Source: Lama glama (Eukaryota). Taken from it: a stretch of 64,000 nt of DNA. The stretch spans positions 60,948,001 to 61,012,000 of the forward strand of contig CM052817.1 in assembly GCA_028534125.1 (NCBI GenBank). The letters run 5' to 3'. Below the pieces are notes generated by a model. That model was not told the origin of the DNA. It did no database searches and saw nothing but the letters and a program-made list of their open reading frames with translations. This document shows positions 37,690-50,330 of the stretch, in pieces (positions within the stretch are counted from its first letter, which is position 1; every line of letters starts with the position of its first letter). The position numbers were made by a program, and so were the translations under genes.

Positions 37690-37900
37690 CGCTGGTGCCT
37701 GGGAGGCCCTAGGCCTTCTTGGGTTTGGTCACCTGGGTGATGATGGCCGGGAACCAGGCAGTCCATAGGTACACGGCCCCCCACCTGCAGCCAGGCATGC
37801 AGGGGCGCGGGTGGGGCGGGGCGGGGCGGGGCTTGCGCTCCCCGAAGCAGCCTGGTTGCGCCTGCCTTTCCGGCTGCGCGCTCTTGGAGAACATTGCTAA
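37690..37900 (-). pseudogene. Putative captured gene fragment (intron end plus terminal coding exon), donor unidentified
   Basis: Abrupt GC/CpG-rich insert. Minus strand ctgcAG|G TGG GGG GCC...AAG AAG GCC TAG encodes WGAVYLWTAWFPAIITQVTKPKKA*, with 21/24 codons ending in G/C. Confidence 0.5.
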
Positions 37901-38029
37901 GGAGTGTAGTGAAAATTTTATTTATTTTTTTATTGAGGTATAATTGGCATATACATCCATTATTTCTTTTACCCGTAATTTCTTCCACTTGGAGGAAGAA
38001 AACGTTTACTCCGCCCGACCCATCAGAAA

Positions 38030-38532
38030 CTCCATGAGTCACATAGGAATTTGCCATCATTTTATTTCACCTCATCTCCTGACTTTCATTATTGGTCCAG
38101 AGGTGAGCACCTGAATCAAACTGGACTGATCGCAGTACTTAAATGCCCTCTCAAGGTGATCTGGCTTGGAGATGGACACGTGACAAAAGCTAGTCCAAAT
38201 CAGTATAACTCCCTGAGTTTTAAAAATAGAGTAGTGAGTCTTGCTTGGAAAACTCCCTGAAAGGAGCATGCAGGAGTGTGCTTCAAAGCTGCTTGTAGCT
38301 ATGTCCCCACATGAGCAGGGAATCCGTCTCAGAGAGTGAAGTCAACAGGTAGAGAGATGCAGAGGAAAATATGGCAAAAGGGAGACAGAGAAAGAGTCAT
38401 TACGATATTCAAATCCTCAGTTCTAGACGTTCCTGACATTTACACAATTTGCCTACGTAAACGAATAAGTTCTCCTTTGGCCTAAATGGTTTGAGTTTAA
38501 TTTCTGTCCCTTACACAAATGAGTCTTACTAA
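38030..38532 (+). mobile_element. MLT1K-like LTR fragment
   Basis: attggtccagaggtgagcacctga...gatggacacgtgacaaaagctagtccaaatcag...ggtttgagtttaatttctgtcccttaca. Confidence 0.6.
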
Positions 38533-38944
38533 AGTATCACCTGGCTAAAATAGCCATATTCTCAGGCTTATCTAGCGTCTTATCCTTGGACAAAGGTCAG
38601 TAGAAAGCTGCCTATTTGGATAATAGTGTCTTGACTCCTCTTCAAATTTATTTTTATTGAGTTGCACTCCAATGGTAAGCCCTTAGATTTAATCAAGGGT
38701 TTAACGCAACCTACAAAACCTGATTAGATCACCCACACCACTGATGTTGTTGAAGGTGTATATATCCCTTGGTGCCCCATTATAAGCTCCATGTGAGAAT
38801 TTTTTCTAAAATGTAGATCAGAGCTTTGCTTCTCTTAAAGGAACTGCTATGTTTTCAATTTATGGGGGTGGGGGAAGTCATATGTATTAAAATAGATCAT
38901 ATTAATTAAAATGGGATGAAGTAGGTCATTTTAGGAGACTTCCG

Positions 38945-39195
38945 TAATACAGTGGAAGAACACTGATTTGGAGACAGAGATCTCGATTTGAGTCCCTAAA
39001 TCCATGCTATGCATTTACCAGCCGAGTGGTCTTTAGCAGATTATTCAGTCTCTCTGGACCTCAGTTTTCTCTTCTGTAAAATAGGGCTAGTAATATTAGC
39101 CTTAACCAGGTTATAATGTTATTTTAAAAGTTAAATGGGATTAAGTGTGTAAAAATACTGTAAACTGTAAAGCACTGTATCTGTTTTAGTTATAT
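38945..39195 (+). mobile_element. MIR SINE
   Basis: ctctctggacctcagttttctcttctgtaaaatagggctagtaata core. Confidence 0.7.
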
Positions 39196-41779
39196 TAAAT
39201 CTTACAATCAAACTGGAGTTTTCTCTTGTATACAAGATGATTTCTTTGAGGAAGAAACCTTTGTATTCTCCACCAGAAGTTTATACTGCTTAAAGATAAC
39301 ACAACCCTACTCATCTTTAAAGAGCTGAAATTAAATCCTTATCAGAACCCTGAGTAGTAGTTCCATTTTACCCTGGAGGCATATAGAAGATCCCGGAGAG
39401 GAAAAGGCAAGTTGTCAAGGGCTATAAAGGAAGACAAGACTGTATGCAAATGAAGACCTGGAGCTCCAGGCTGCCTGGTCTTTAATGGAAAGCAAAAACC
39501 ACATCATTGCCTTGACAACTCACTGCCTTTTCCCCTGCTGTTTCTCCAAATCTCTACCCTGAGCCCACCCTAAAATGTAAGGACTAAAATTCTAAAAAGG
39601 AAGCTTCATCTGTTGTTTGGTAAAGATCAATACTGAGAGTGAGGGATAGTAATTGGCAACAGCATCATTGATTTAGACCCCCAAGCCACACTCATTGTGT
39701 ATGCATCTACTGCTGATCTGTGGGAGAGAAGAGCACAGAATTTAGTTTCTTCTTTAACCGAGTGTTGCTCAGTTTTTCTGCCAGCGTTGTAAGAACATTG
39801 CTAAAAGGCACAAAAGCTCACGGAGGTGTCAAACAGCAGGGATGAGAGGCTGAGCTTTCCCTCATCCGTGAAGGAGTCAATTAAAGAACAAAGACAACTC
39901 TTGGGTTTTAAGATCACCATCCAACTTGTTCCAGAATTCTCATGTGTATTTTGAATTCAATCTCCTTATATTTCTTCTTTATTCCAAAAAATTGTATTTA
40001 GATGGTGTTTCTGTGTTTTTAAAAGCCCGGTTATAAAAGCATTTAGTTTTTTCTTATATTTTGTAACCCTGTGTGCTTCCGTTTAATCTATCCCCATAGA
40101 AACTATTCTGAGATTAAACAACAACCAGTATCAGGAAAACTTTAAGGACATCCCTCCAGGTTTTAGCCATCATTTCAGTCTCCTAGACATTAAATGTTCT
40201 TAGCTTTTTCTTTCTTTCTGCTAATGATTTCTTATGTGTTCAGGCACCAAGGGAGCTGAGAAGGAAGGGAGAGTAGGAACAAAGCACACCCTCAGTCAAG
40301 AGCTCTCTCATTGTTGGTTAGATTAGGGATGACTTCAGCTTCTTATGTAAAGTGCACACTGTAAACTAATCTTTGTTTCTGCAATTTAGATAAGATTATT
40401 TCAATAGACGTCAGTTTCACGACTGGATTTTCTTTCTTTCTTGGACTGATATTCTTTTTGGCCAATGATCTATGTGACTATAATTGACATAAATTTACCG
40501 TATCTGAATTATATCTTGTGGGTTTATGCCAGGAGCAAAACATTATTTGTGTTTATATCAGTAGGTGAACTTTAAAGGTGTGTCTGTTGACTTTTTGAAC
40601 ATCAACAAACTAAGTGCTGCAATATTCTTCGGCTTAATAAAATCCTAACTGAACACATGTGATGTGTGCAAACTGTCTTTAAAGACATACATACGTGTTA
40701 ATTTCATATTCATTTCTACTTGTCTTTAAATTTATATGTCAATTTTAAACAATATGCTGTGTTGTCATTATATGTTAAATAGTGATTTAATATTTAAGTT
40801 GCTACAAAGACTAATTCCATTTCAATTTAAAGGAAATGTCAGGAATAATATATTTTTACATTATGTAGACCAAGATTACTTCATATACTATTCATGACAT
40901 CCTATATGTTATCCATCATATGTGTTATACCTGAAGCAGAAAGTATGCATATCATTCAGATAAATATTTATAAAAATGAAACTAAAAGAAAACTTTTAAA
41001 GCAAAGGAGTAGTAACAAAAACAGGTTTTGCCTGAGATCTCAGCTGGTCAATGAAGCCTAACAAAAAATATTACTTATTAATAGAACTAAATACCTACCA
41101 GAGATTTCAAGAGTGAAGCACTTTGATTATTTCTAGGTTTAATTACAAAGACAAAAATGACCAGAGTGCAATCAATGTAAAATAAAACTCTAATCTTAAG
41201 ATTAGAGGTTGAGGCTACTAATATTCCTAGGCAGAAGATCTGATTTTAAAGGACATGTAAAATGTAAGTAAAACATAAATGAAAATGTAGATGAAGTGTC
41301 CCCTGAATAGTAAAGAACCCACAATTTAGTTTTAAATTATATGCTGCAATCGTTGCTTACAGTTTCATTGAAATTGTATTATGTGTATGTGAATCTGAGA
41401 TAGGGTATTTGGAAATGCATATAATTCTTTTTTTTTTAATCTACTATAGTCATTCTAAAAGCTAGAAAACTGTCATCAGAAAATTGGATTCTTATGGAAA
41501 AATCTTTTTAAAATTACCTATTTTTAGGAGTTAAAATTAGATAGCCTGGTCACATTAGCAGAGGCATCAGAGGATGAAAATTACATGCGGTTTGGGAAAT
41601 AATTAAAGAATAAAAAACTTAAGAATCTTTGTACCTGCGTTCTAGATTCCATCCCAGTTTTTCAGAGATCCTGATCCATCAGTTTTGCCTCTTCCCTCAA
41701 AGTTCACATCTAAAACACTAAACAAATAGATTTAAAAAAAAACCAACCAACCCTAGCTTTCCACATTCTTGTTCTTCTC

Positions 41780-42800
41780 TGTGTACTATCCTGGTTTTCA
41801 CTCAGATCTAAGTCTTAATAATCTATACCCTTTAACTTTTCTGCACTTCTATTTCCCTTCTCAACCTAGTGCAATTTGACTTCCACACTATCACTGCCCT
41901 AACAGTTCATTCTCATGTCAAGGTAACCTCCAAAGTGACAGTTAGGGGATACTGTTAATCCTTAATTTCCTTGATCTCTAGACAGTTATTGAAACTCTTT
42001 CTAGGTTTCCACGTTACCAACACTTTCCCTGATTTTCTTCATCTGTAGCAACTTCTCATTTTACACAATCTATTTTCCGAGTGACCTCATTTACATCAGC
42101 GATTTTATTTACATTCATATGCTGATGACTTCCACTTTTGTAATCACTCTCATCTTGCTCTGAGGCTTCAGACCTATACTGCTTCCAGAATGACTTCAGG
42201 ACGTCTTCATGTGGATGGCATAGGCTTCTCCGGCTGAACTAATCCAAGTTCATTGTTGGTCCTCAGCTCCCGTCGAAGTCTTTTTTGACTTCTATTCCTA
42301 ATCTCTGTTAATAGATCACGTCTACAATGTCCCAGAAAATTGTGAGTGACCCTTGATTCCTTCTTTTGTCTCAAATTATTTATTAGCTCACTAAAACCCT
42401 GCTAATTATATCACAAAAGTAGACTTGACTGTGTCCAGACCAATTGTCAACACCTCAGTCTATACCATTATTATTTGTTGCAAGAAAAATTGCATGGCCA
42501 CTCAGCTGGTCTGTTTTCTTCCCCTCTTCATACTCCTATCTAGATCACACTAATGACAGTGTTATTTTTCTAGAAAAATAACAGGTAGGCACACCACAGT
42601 TTCAGGCTCCCCTGCTACCACACCTGTTTATACCATTTTGGCATTCTTTTGCCTGCAGGGGGACAGCCAATATTTCTGTTTATCACATAAATGCTTTACA
42701 ATTAATCAGAAATCTGCCTATTATTCCAGCCTCATTTTCCATCTCTCTATATTTTCACCCTCTCATTTTACATTTATAAAAATTCTTTATTCTTTAAATG
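41780..42800 (+). mobile_element. L2 fragment
   Basis: atatgctgatgacttcca...cttgattccttctttt motifs in a pyrimidine-rich sense strand. Confidence 0.6.
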
Positions 42801-43244
42801 ACCATTGGCAGCTCTAGATTTCTATTATTCTTAGGCTAGTAATCCCAGAGAAAAGAAAATCCATCTTCCACATTTGCTCAGTAAACACCTGGTGGAGTTC
42901 CAGGTGGCTCTGCTTGGGTCAGTGGACTGATGAACCAATGCCTGTGGCCAAAGGAATTCAGGGCTCTGATTAGTCAAGGCTGGCTCGTGTGCCCACCTCT
43001 GTGGGGAGAAGTCTGTTCCACCTACACTTCATGGAATAGCTCCCTCATTATGAGGAGTCCTGTCACCAGAATCATGGGAAGAAAATGGCTACAAAGGAAC
43101 TACTATAAGAGAAAGGAAGAAGATGGGGAGACCACATAACGTATTTCTGGGAGCACAGGATGATTTCTTAGCACTGAACTGCCATCCCCTCTCTTCACAA
43201 GTAAATAGGCATTCAGCTGGGTTATAGGGAGCAAGTTCTAATCG

Positions 43245-43400
43245 TTTTTTTTTTAAGTAGTAGTTTCTTTTTATTCATTAATTTATTGGGTGGGGGGAGG
43301 CGATTAGGCTTATTTATTTTTTTAATGGCGGTACTGGGGATTGAACCCAGGACGTCGTGCATGCTAAGCACATGCTCTATCACTGAACCATACCCTCCCC
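43245..43400 (-). mobile_element. tRNA-derived lineage SINE (camelid type)
   Basis: gtactggggattgaacccaggacgtcgtgcatgctaagcacatgctctatcactgaaccataccctcccc, with T-rich tail on the left. Probable TSD agcaagttctaa (43230-43241) / agcaaattctaa (43404-43415). Confidence 0.88.
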
Positions 43401-45351
43401 TGCAGCAAATTCTAACTTTAATAAATCATTTTCTTTTTGAAAATCAGCATTTCCACATAAAGCATATTGTGGTGAAGGAGACTATATTGCATATTTCTGT
43501 CTTTATTTTCAGGTGACTTCTTTCAGTCTAATTCTTCCACGCTTTCTGTAGAAGTGGAGCACACTCCAGGGACAGGTGGGAATCAATTGGTCTCAGTCAG
43601 CATCGGTCTTCCTTTTTTTCCCCCTACTCTTTTCTAACTTTCTACCTCTCCCCTCACCATCACCTCCTTATCCAGTTCCCCAAACAAAAAAATAAGCAGA
43701 GAGTTTAATCAACTGATATTTAGATTCAGATTCAACAAATGTTATTGAGGACGCATCATGTATCATATACAAAATCTCAGAAGCAGGAATGGTGTATTCT
43801 TGTTGGAGCACAAATGCTGTCCAGCTGCGTACCAGCTTATGAGGGGCCAGGAAAAGAGTTCTGAAATGTGCTCTGGCAGCTCTGAGGTGGCAAAATAGAT
43901 GATCATGATATTCAGATAAATAAAATATATTTGTGTTTGGGTTTGTTTAAAATTGGCGTTCCTGTGAACAACACACAGCTTATGTGACTTGTCGCCACTT
44001 TTTCCTCATACTTGTCTTTCCAAGTTCTTTCCATTCCTCTTTACTTTTTTTTCTTCTTATTTTCCCTGGAACTTTCCAGTTTCATGGGAAAGCAAAAAAA
44101 TACAGTCTACCCTTGATTTTATTATAATTGTTATATCCTTCTTTTGAAAACCTTCTGAATCCTCCTTCCATTGTAGGTAAATTCCCCTATTTCCTCAATA
44201 TTTCTGCAGGATGATTTATCTGGACTATAACTCAGCACTGAAGGCGTTTCTCACATTGCATCTTTCTCCAGTGGAGGAAGCTCATTTTCTCATCTTTCAC
44301 GAGCAGCAGGACAAGAGGTGTTTATCCTTCTCCAGATTCCTCACCGCCCATATCATAGCATGACTGCATTGTCCTCAGGTAAAGGCACACACGAGTTAAA
44401 ATGGGAGTCTCCAGAGTTGCAATCCTAACTCAGGCAGCTACTAGCTGTCTAACTTCAAGCGAGTGTTAATCAAGATTTATACATCTATGTATATGATTCA
44501 TCCAAGCACTCAGACAGTATCTAGATCTCTGCAATTTTAATGAATTAATTGCCGCTCATTCTCAGGACTAATCCTGAATCTTGTCAGCTTGGATCCTCCT
44601 CAAAAATCTGAAATTCCAAATATCCAACTTTTTATCTTTCTATATTTGCTACCTGCTCTTATACAATGAAAGACACTTGCAATGAAAGTCCTTTCTTCTT
44701 ACCATTTCTTCTGGTCTTTCAGTCTCTTTCTAGACTCTTACCCATCCCTGCATGGTTGGAAACCTCTGTTTGATCATGAAAAATATTGTTCCACTAGTTG
44801 CATTGATGTACTGGGAATTTTTAAGAAGATCCAAGTATCAATTAGAATATTAACTGTATTTTACTTTTCATTTATCTATTCCCCTCCCCCCCACAACTTG
44901 TACTTTACCCTCAGGAATACAAACTTAAAGCAGTGAAAGGAACTGGAAATGGCATTTCTAGTGGAAAAGGAGTTAAACTAGGAAAGGAAATTTTATAGCT
45001 CACCCAGTAATTATTTTTCTAATAAGCAATAAAGGAAAAAAACAAGCTGCCAGGACTATGTTAGTAAAAGATAAGATAGTAAGGAAACAAAGACTTGGAA
45101 AATTAAAAAACAAAAAGTGAATGTTATTTATAATCATCACAGGCTTAACTTCAGTAAAAAAGTGAGTTATTAATTGGTATCATGTTAATTATGCCAGCAT
45201 TTGACAGCAGAATGTGAGATGTATCATGGAAAAACCAAAGTTTAATAAACTTTTGTGGTACATTCATTGCATTTGGACTCAATAGTCTCATCAAAGATAT
45301 TATACCAAAGTAATATTTTAAGTGTTCTTTTAAAAACTAGGCATGCCATCT

Positions 45352-45414
45352 ATTTTTAAATTGAAGTATGGTTGATTTACAATGTTGTGTTAATTTCTGG
45401 TGTACAGCATAGTA

Positions 45415-45464
<50 letters not shown>

Positions 45465-45872
45465 TCCTTTACATATTCTTTTTCAGTATAGGCCATTACA
45501 AAGTATTGAATATAGTTCCCTGTGCTATACAGTATAAACTTGTTGTGTATCTATTTCATATGTAGTAGTTAGTATCTGCAAATCCTGAACTCCCAGTTTA
45601 TTCCTCCCCACCTCCCTCCCCCCCGGGTAACCATAAGTTTGTTTTCTATGTCTGTGAGTCTGCCTCTCTTTTGTAAATAAGTTCATTTGTGTCCTTTGTT
45701 TTTTTAAGATTCCACATAGAAGGGATATCATATGGTATTTTTCTTTCTCCTTCTGGCTTACTTCACTTAGTATGACAATCTCCAGGTCCATCTATGTTGC
45801 TGCAAATGGCATTATTTCATTCTTTTTTAATGGCTGAGTAGTATTCCATTATATATATACACACCACAACTT
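45352..45872 (-). mobile_element. Lineage L1 3' end containing a (TA)n microsatellite (45418-45463)
   Basis: aaattgaagtatggttgatttacaatgttg start. MDLEIVILSEVSQKEKEKYHMISL on the minus strand. Confidence 0.9.
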
Positions 45873-46225
45873 CTTTTTTTTTTAACATTTTTTATTGATT
45901 TATAATCATTTTACAATGTTGTGTCAAATTCCAGTGTTCAGCAAAATTTTTCAGTCATTCATGGACATATACACACTCATTGTCACCTTTTTTTCTCTGT
46001 GATTTATCATAACATTTTGTGTATATTTCCCTGTGCTATACAGTGTAATCTTGTTTATCTATTCTACAATTTTGAAATCCCAGTCTATCCCTTCCCACCC
46101 TCTACTCCCCTGGTAACCACAAGTCTGTATTCTCTGTCCATGAGTCTTTAGATTCCACATATGAGCGATCTCATATGGTATTTTTCTTTCTCTTTCTGGC
46201 TTACTTCACTTAGAATGACATTCTC
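45873..46225 (-). mobile_element. Younger L1 3' end nested in the previous L1, running into the gap
   Basis: A new poly-T tail (ttttttttttaacattttttattgatttataatc) interrupts the host L1, followed by a second agattccacatatg...ttacttcacttagaatgac block. Confidence 0.88.
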
Positions 46226-46725
46226 NNNNNNNNNNNNNNNNNNNNNNNNNNNNNNNNNNNNNNNNNNNNNNNNNNNNNNNNNNNNNNNNNNNNNNNNNNN
46301 NNNNNNNNNNNNNNNNNNNNNNNNNNNNNNNNNNNNNNNNNNNNNNNNNNNNNNNNNNNNNNNNNNNNNNNNNNNNNNNNNNNNNNNNNNNNNNNNNNNN
46401 NNNNNNNNNNNNNNNNNNNNNNNNNNNNNNNNNNNNNNNNNNNNNNNNNNNNNNNNNNNNNNNNNNNNNNNNNNNNNNNNNNNNNNNNNNNNNNNNNNNN
46501 NNNNNNNNNNNNNNNNNNNNNNNNNNNNNNNNNNNNNNNNNNNNNNNNNNNNNNNNNNNNNNNNNNNNNNNNNNNNNNNNNNNNNNNNNNNNNNNNNNNN
46601 NNNNNNNNNNNNNNNNNNNNNNNNNNNNNNNNNNNNNNNNNNNNNNNNNNNNNNNNNNNNNNNNNNNNNNNNNNNNNNNNNNNNNNNNNNNNNNNNNNNN
46701 NNNNNNNNNNNNNNNNNNNNNNNNN
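46226..46725. other. Assembly gap (500 N)
   Basis: Exactly 500 N. Confidence 1.
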
Positions 46726-49700
46726 AAAAAAAAAGTATGACTATTTTAGTTAAAAGTAAAAAATTCCTACAGTAAGCTTTTCTTTCAGCTCATGTTTCAT
46801 TAGGATACAAATCATGATCTCTGCCATGATTTCTAGGTCACTAAAATGCATTCAGAAATATTTCTGTGAAATATAGTTTTGAAAAACATGGAGACTGCAT
46901 CAACATTTTTTGTTAAGTTCTTCACTTCAGTGATTTCCATGGTTACGTCTGTATCAGTCTATATGTAGTGCATATATAAGTAGATCCTTTATATGGCAAC
47001 CAACGAGCTTATTTTTCACAAAGTTTGACAAGAAAGTTTCTATGAATTCTCAGTAGCTATGGCCTTCTTCTACCAGGGTTCTCACAACCAGCCATAGGAT
47101 AAAACAATCTTGATTAGATGTAATTTTTGACTGATGACATGTGTTAGAATATGAGGCTAGATATGTAAAATAACATGATTGTTTTCAACCTCTGTTGGAA
47201 TGAAATGACATCAGAAAACTTGGTTTGAGCCTGGTCTCCCAGTGCCAAACTGTTTCGTTTTACTCTGCTTCAAAGTATGGGTCCTAATCTACCTTCTTCT
47301 CCCCCAAATGGTCCCACATGTTGCAAATATGTTGGCACAGTTATACTCAGGTCCATATCTTGAAACTATAGTAAACTTAAAAATTATGGTAAACATCTGC
47401 CCTCAGAGAAAAAGAGGCATTAATAAGTGTACTTATTATGCAGATAATTCTTTCAATGATTTATTTCAGTAGTAGAAGCCTGGCTGTTGTATTGATAATA
47501 AAACTACACTCTAATAAGACCATTTTTCTCTTAAGTTCCTATTTTATGTGTATTGGGGATATAATTCAGCTCTACTATATGAATATGGGCTAAAACATTT
47601 AAAAATTAAATCTGTACAGGAAACAGAAGATATAGGTTCCAGGGAGAGTGAACATGTGATATTAAACAAGTTGTTGAACTTCTCTGTGACTTGCTTTTGC
47701 ACCCAAAAAGTAGAAGGTCATGCCTGTTCTTCACAGAGGTGCAATTTGGGGAATAAGAATTAATATTTGCAAAACACAAGTTCTGAGAAAGAACTTATAA
47801 GTTCCAGGTTTGTGATTTATCACATAAAATTGTCAGTACTGCCTACCTAAGTTGGTTATGTGAAAACTAGAAAAACCCCGAAGTCTGCAAACCAATCACA
47901 GAAATTTTGATTTGAAAATTATATAGCTATTAGTTCTGATTTAGAATGTAAAGATAAAATAAACTATAAATTTAAATAAGTTTGATTTAAACTATATATT
48001 CTGGATTAAATCAAATTTCCTGAGATCTAAACATTCACTAAGCACTTACTGCATGCAAAGGAAGCACTGTTCCTAGCTGTCCTCAGGTAACTGACAGTCT
48101 ACTAGGAGAAATGAGAATATTGAATCCTTCAAGAGAGTGGAAGTCATCTGAGCAATTAAATTCACAAATAAAACAGAAATCCACAGCTTTCGCTGTCATG
48201 AAAAGAAAGATAAAACAATGCCTATCACAACTGGTATTGGATATGGGTTAGAATTATTTTCAAGTGTTAAATTTTGGAACAGAAGCTATGTTTTTTAAGT
48301 TAATCTCCCAGAAGTTAGACACAGTGCAGAAACACTCAGTTGACAGATTCAGATAAGAGATTACATTCTACTTAACATATTTTCAAATGATATTTAAAAT
48401 GACTATCCTGTCAACTTTGCTCATTGTCAGGGTAGCTGATAACTGTTCACAGAGAAGGAAAAAAGAAGAAAGAAGCTCTCCTTTCCCATTTATTTATTAG
48501 AGTTTAAGACTGCATTTGAATAACCATCACTCACTGGCTGGAACACTGCCATGAAGTACAAATGTTGACAAATAAATGAGGGTAAAAACCCAGACAATGA
48601 CAACAAAACAATGTTAGAATTTCCTTTTTCATTCAGTAGTAATTTTGGCATTGTTGCTTATTTAATTCTTGGAAAACTGGGGCAAGATTTATGACTACCA
48701 AACAACCTACATGGTCTAGCAGTTAACCTGAAATTTTACATTACTCTCAGTTTTAATTATTCTCTTAAAATTGAACATATTACAACTATTTTGATTTTGA
48801 GATTGAATCAGTTGGGCAGTAGGTAAATATATGTAAAACTCTAACGTTGATACAAATAAATCCTGTTCTTGGCCTTCAAATGGTGAATTGTGAGTAAATG
48901 GCAATAAGTAGCACAAACTCAATCTTATAATGGTTTTCTGGTAAAATATTTCATTACATATTTCACCCATGTTACACCACTTGTTTACATGAATAAAGCT
49001 CACACGTGCTAGAGAATAATAATTATATTATCTATTGATATTTTAATCACTCTGCTTATCTTTCCCATGCCCTCTTCTCCTCCCCATCTTTAGGGACTGT
49101 GTTTTAGAGCAGTGAAAGAGTTAGCCGAGTGCCAGATAATGTTCTGGTCTATTACAACTAAACAGTTCTTGCTTAGCTCACCAAGAGCGTTGGGTTGTGG
49201 TCAAATCATGTATAGTCAATTCACCTAATATTTTTCTTCCCTGATGTAAGTTAACGTCTATCCGTTGGAAGCAAAGTGGAAACTTGCCTGTGTTCTCAGC
49301 TATTTGGAAACTTCACTATGAAAGTTTCACAATAACTTAGTTTTAATTCTTTAAATTGTGTATACGATAACATTAGAGTTGAGAAACATTTTTTAACCCT
49401 GATAAATTTCAGGGATGACTTTATGACAGTTACATAAATGAGTATATTATGAAAATTAAAAAAAACTCTCTTAATTGTAAAGAGATTCCATGTATTTTTC
49501 TTTAAAGAGTCTGATGAGGTATGGCTCCCTGGTTTCATTAGAAAGGGGAGTGGGAATCAAAGGAGCTTGACAGTTGGTTGATGTGTGTGCCGAGCTACTA
49601 AATCATTGCATTCATGCTAAGACCTCCTATGTGCTCCCATTAAATCCCATTCAGCTCATGAAGTAATATATGTACTGTGTCTATGGCTGGGTTATCGCTG

Positions 49701-50087
49701 GGGTTTTTTTTTTTCTCCCCTGTTAAATTCTCACAAACTCAAGTCCTCTAGGCTTTCCTTTTAAAGTTTTATATTTACTATGGTTAGATCTCAAAAAAAC
49801 AAACGTTGAGAAAAAAGGAAAGCCGTAAAAATACATTAACAGTGTGACATCATACTACATATATATTTTTAATGTAAAATTATATTTTAAAACACACACC
49901 AAACTCAGGATAATAGTTGTCTCTGGGAAGATTCAAGGGTAATAGGAGTGAGGACTTGAACTTCATCTATAAAACGCTGCTGCTGTTGTTTTTAAGGCAT
50001 GAAATCTCTGTTGATTTGGGAAGAGAGTGAGGTATTATAGTATCCTTTGAGTTTTTCGGCATTCTTTGAAATATCATGAATAAATGG

Positions 50088-50330
50088 CACGACAGAGTAG
50101 TGGTAAATACACAGGGTCTGGAGAGAGACTGCCTGCATTTAAATCTGCTCCTTACTCCATGACCAGGGGAAAGTCACTTAACCTTCCAATGCCTCAGTTT
50201 CCTAATTAGTAAAACGGTGTTAATAATAAGTAGTACCCACTTTATCGGCTAGTTGTGAGACGTAGATGAGGGAATGTCTGAAAAGTGCTTAGAACAGTTC
50301 TTAGAACATAGTAAGTATTCCGTAAATTAA
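50088..50330 (+). mobile_element. MIR SINE, near full length
   Basis: aagtcacttaaccttccaatgcctcagtttcctaattagtaaaac...aaagtgcttagaacagt...acatagtaagt. Confidence 0.75.

Noticed and set aside
46161..46775. 204-aa ORF
   Set aside because: Artefact of reading through the N gap.
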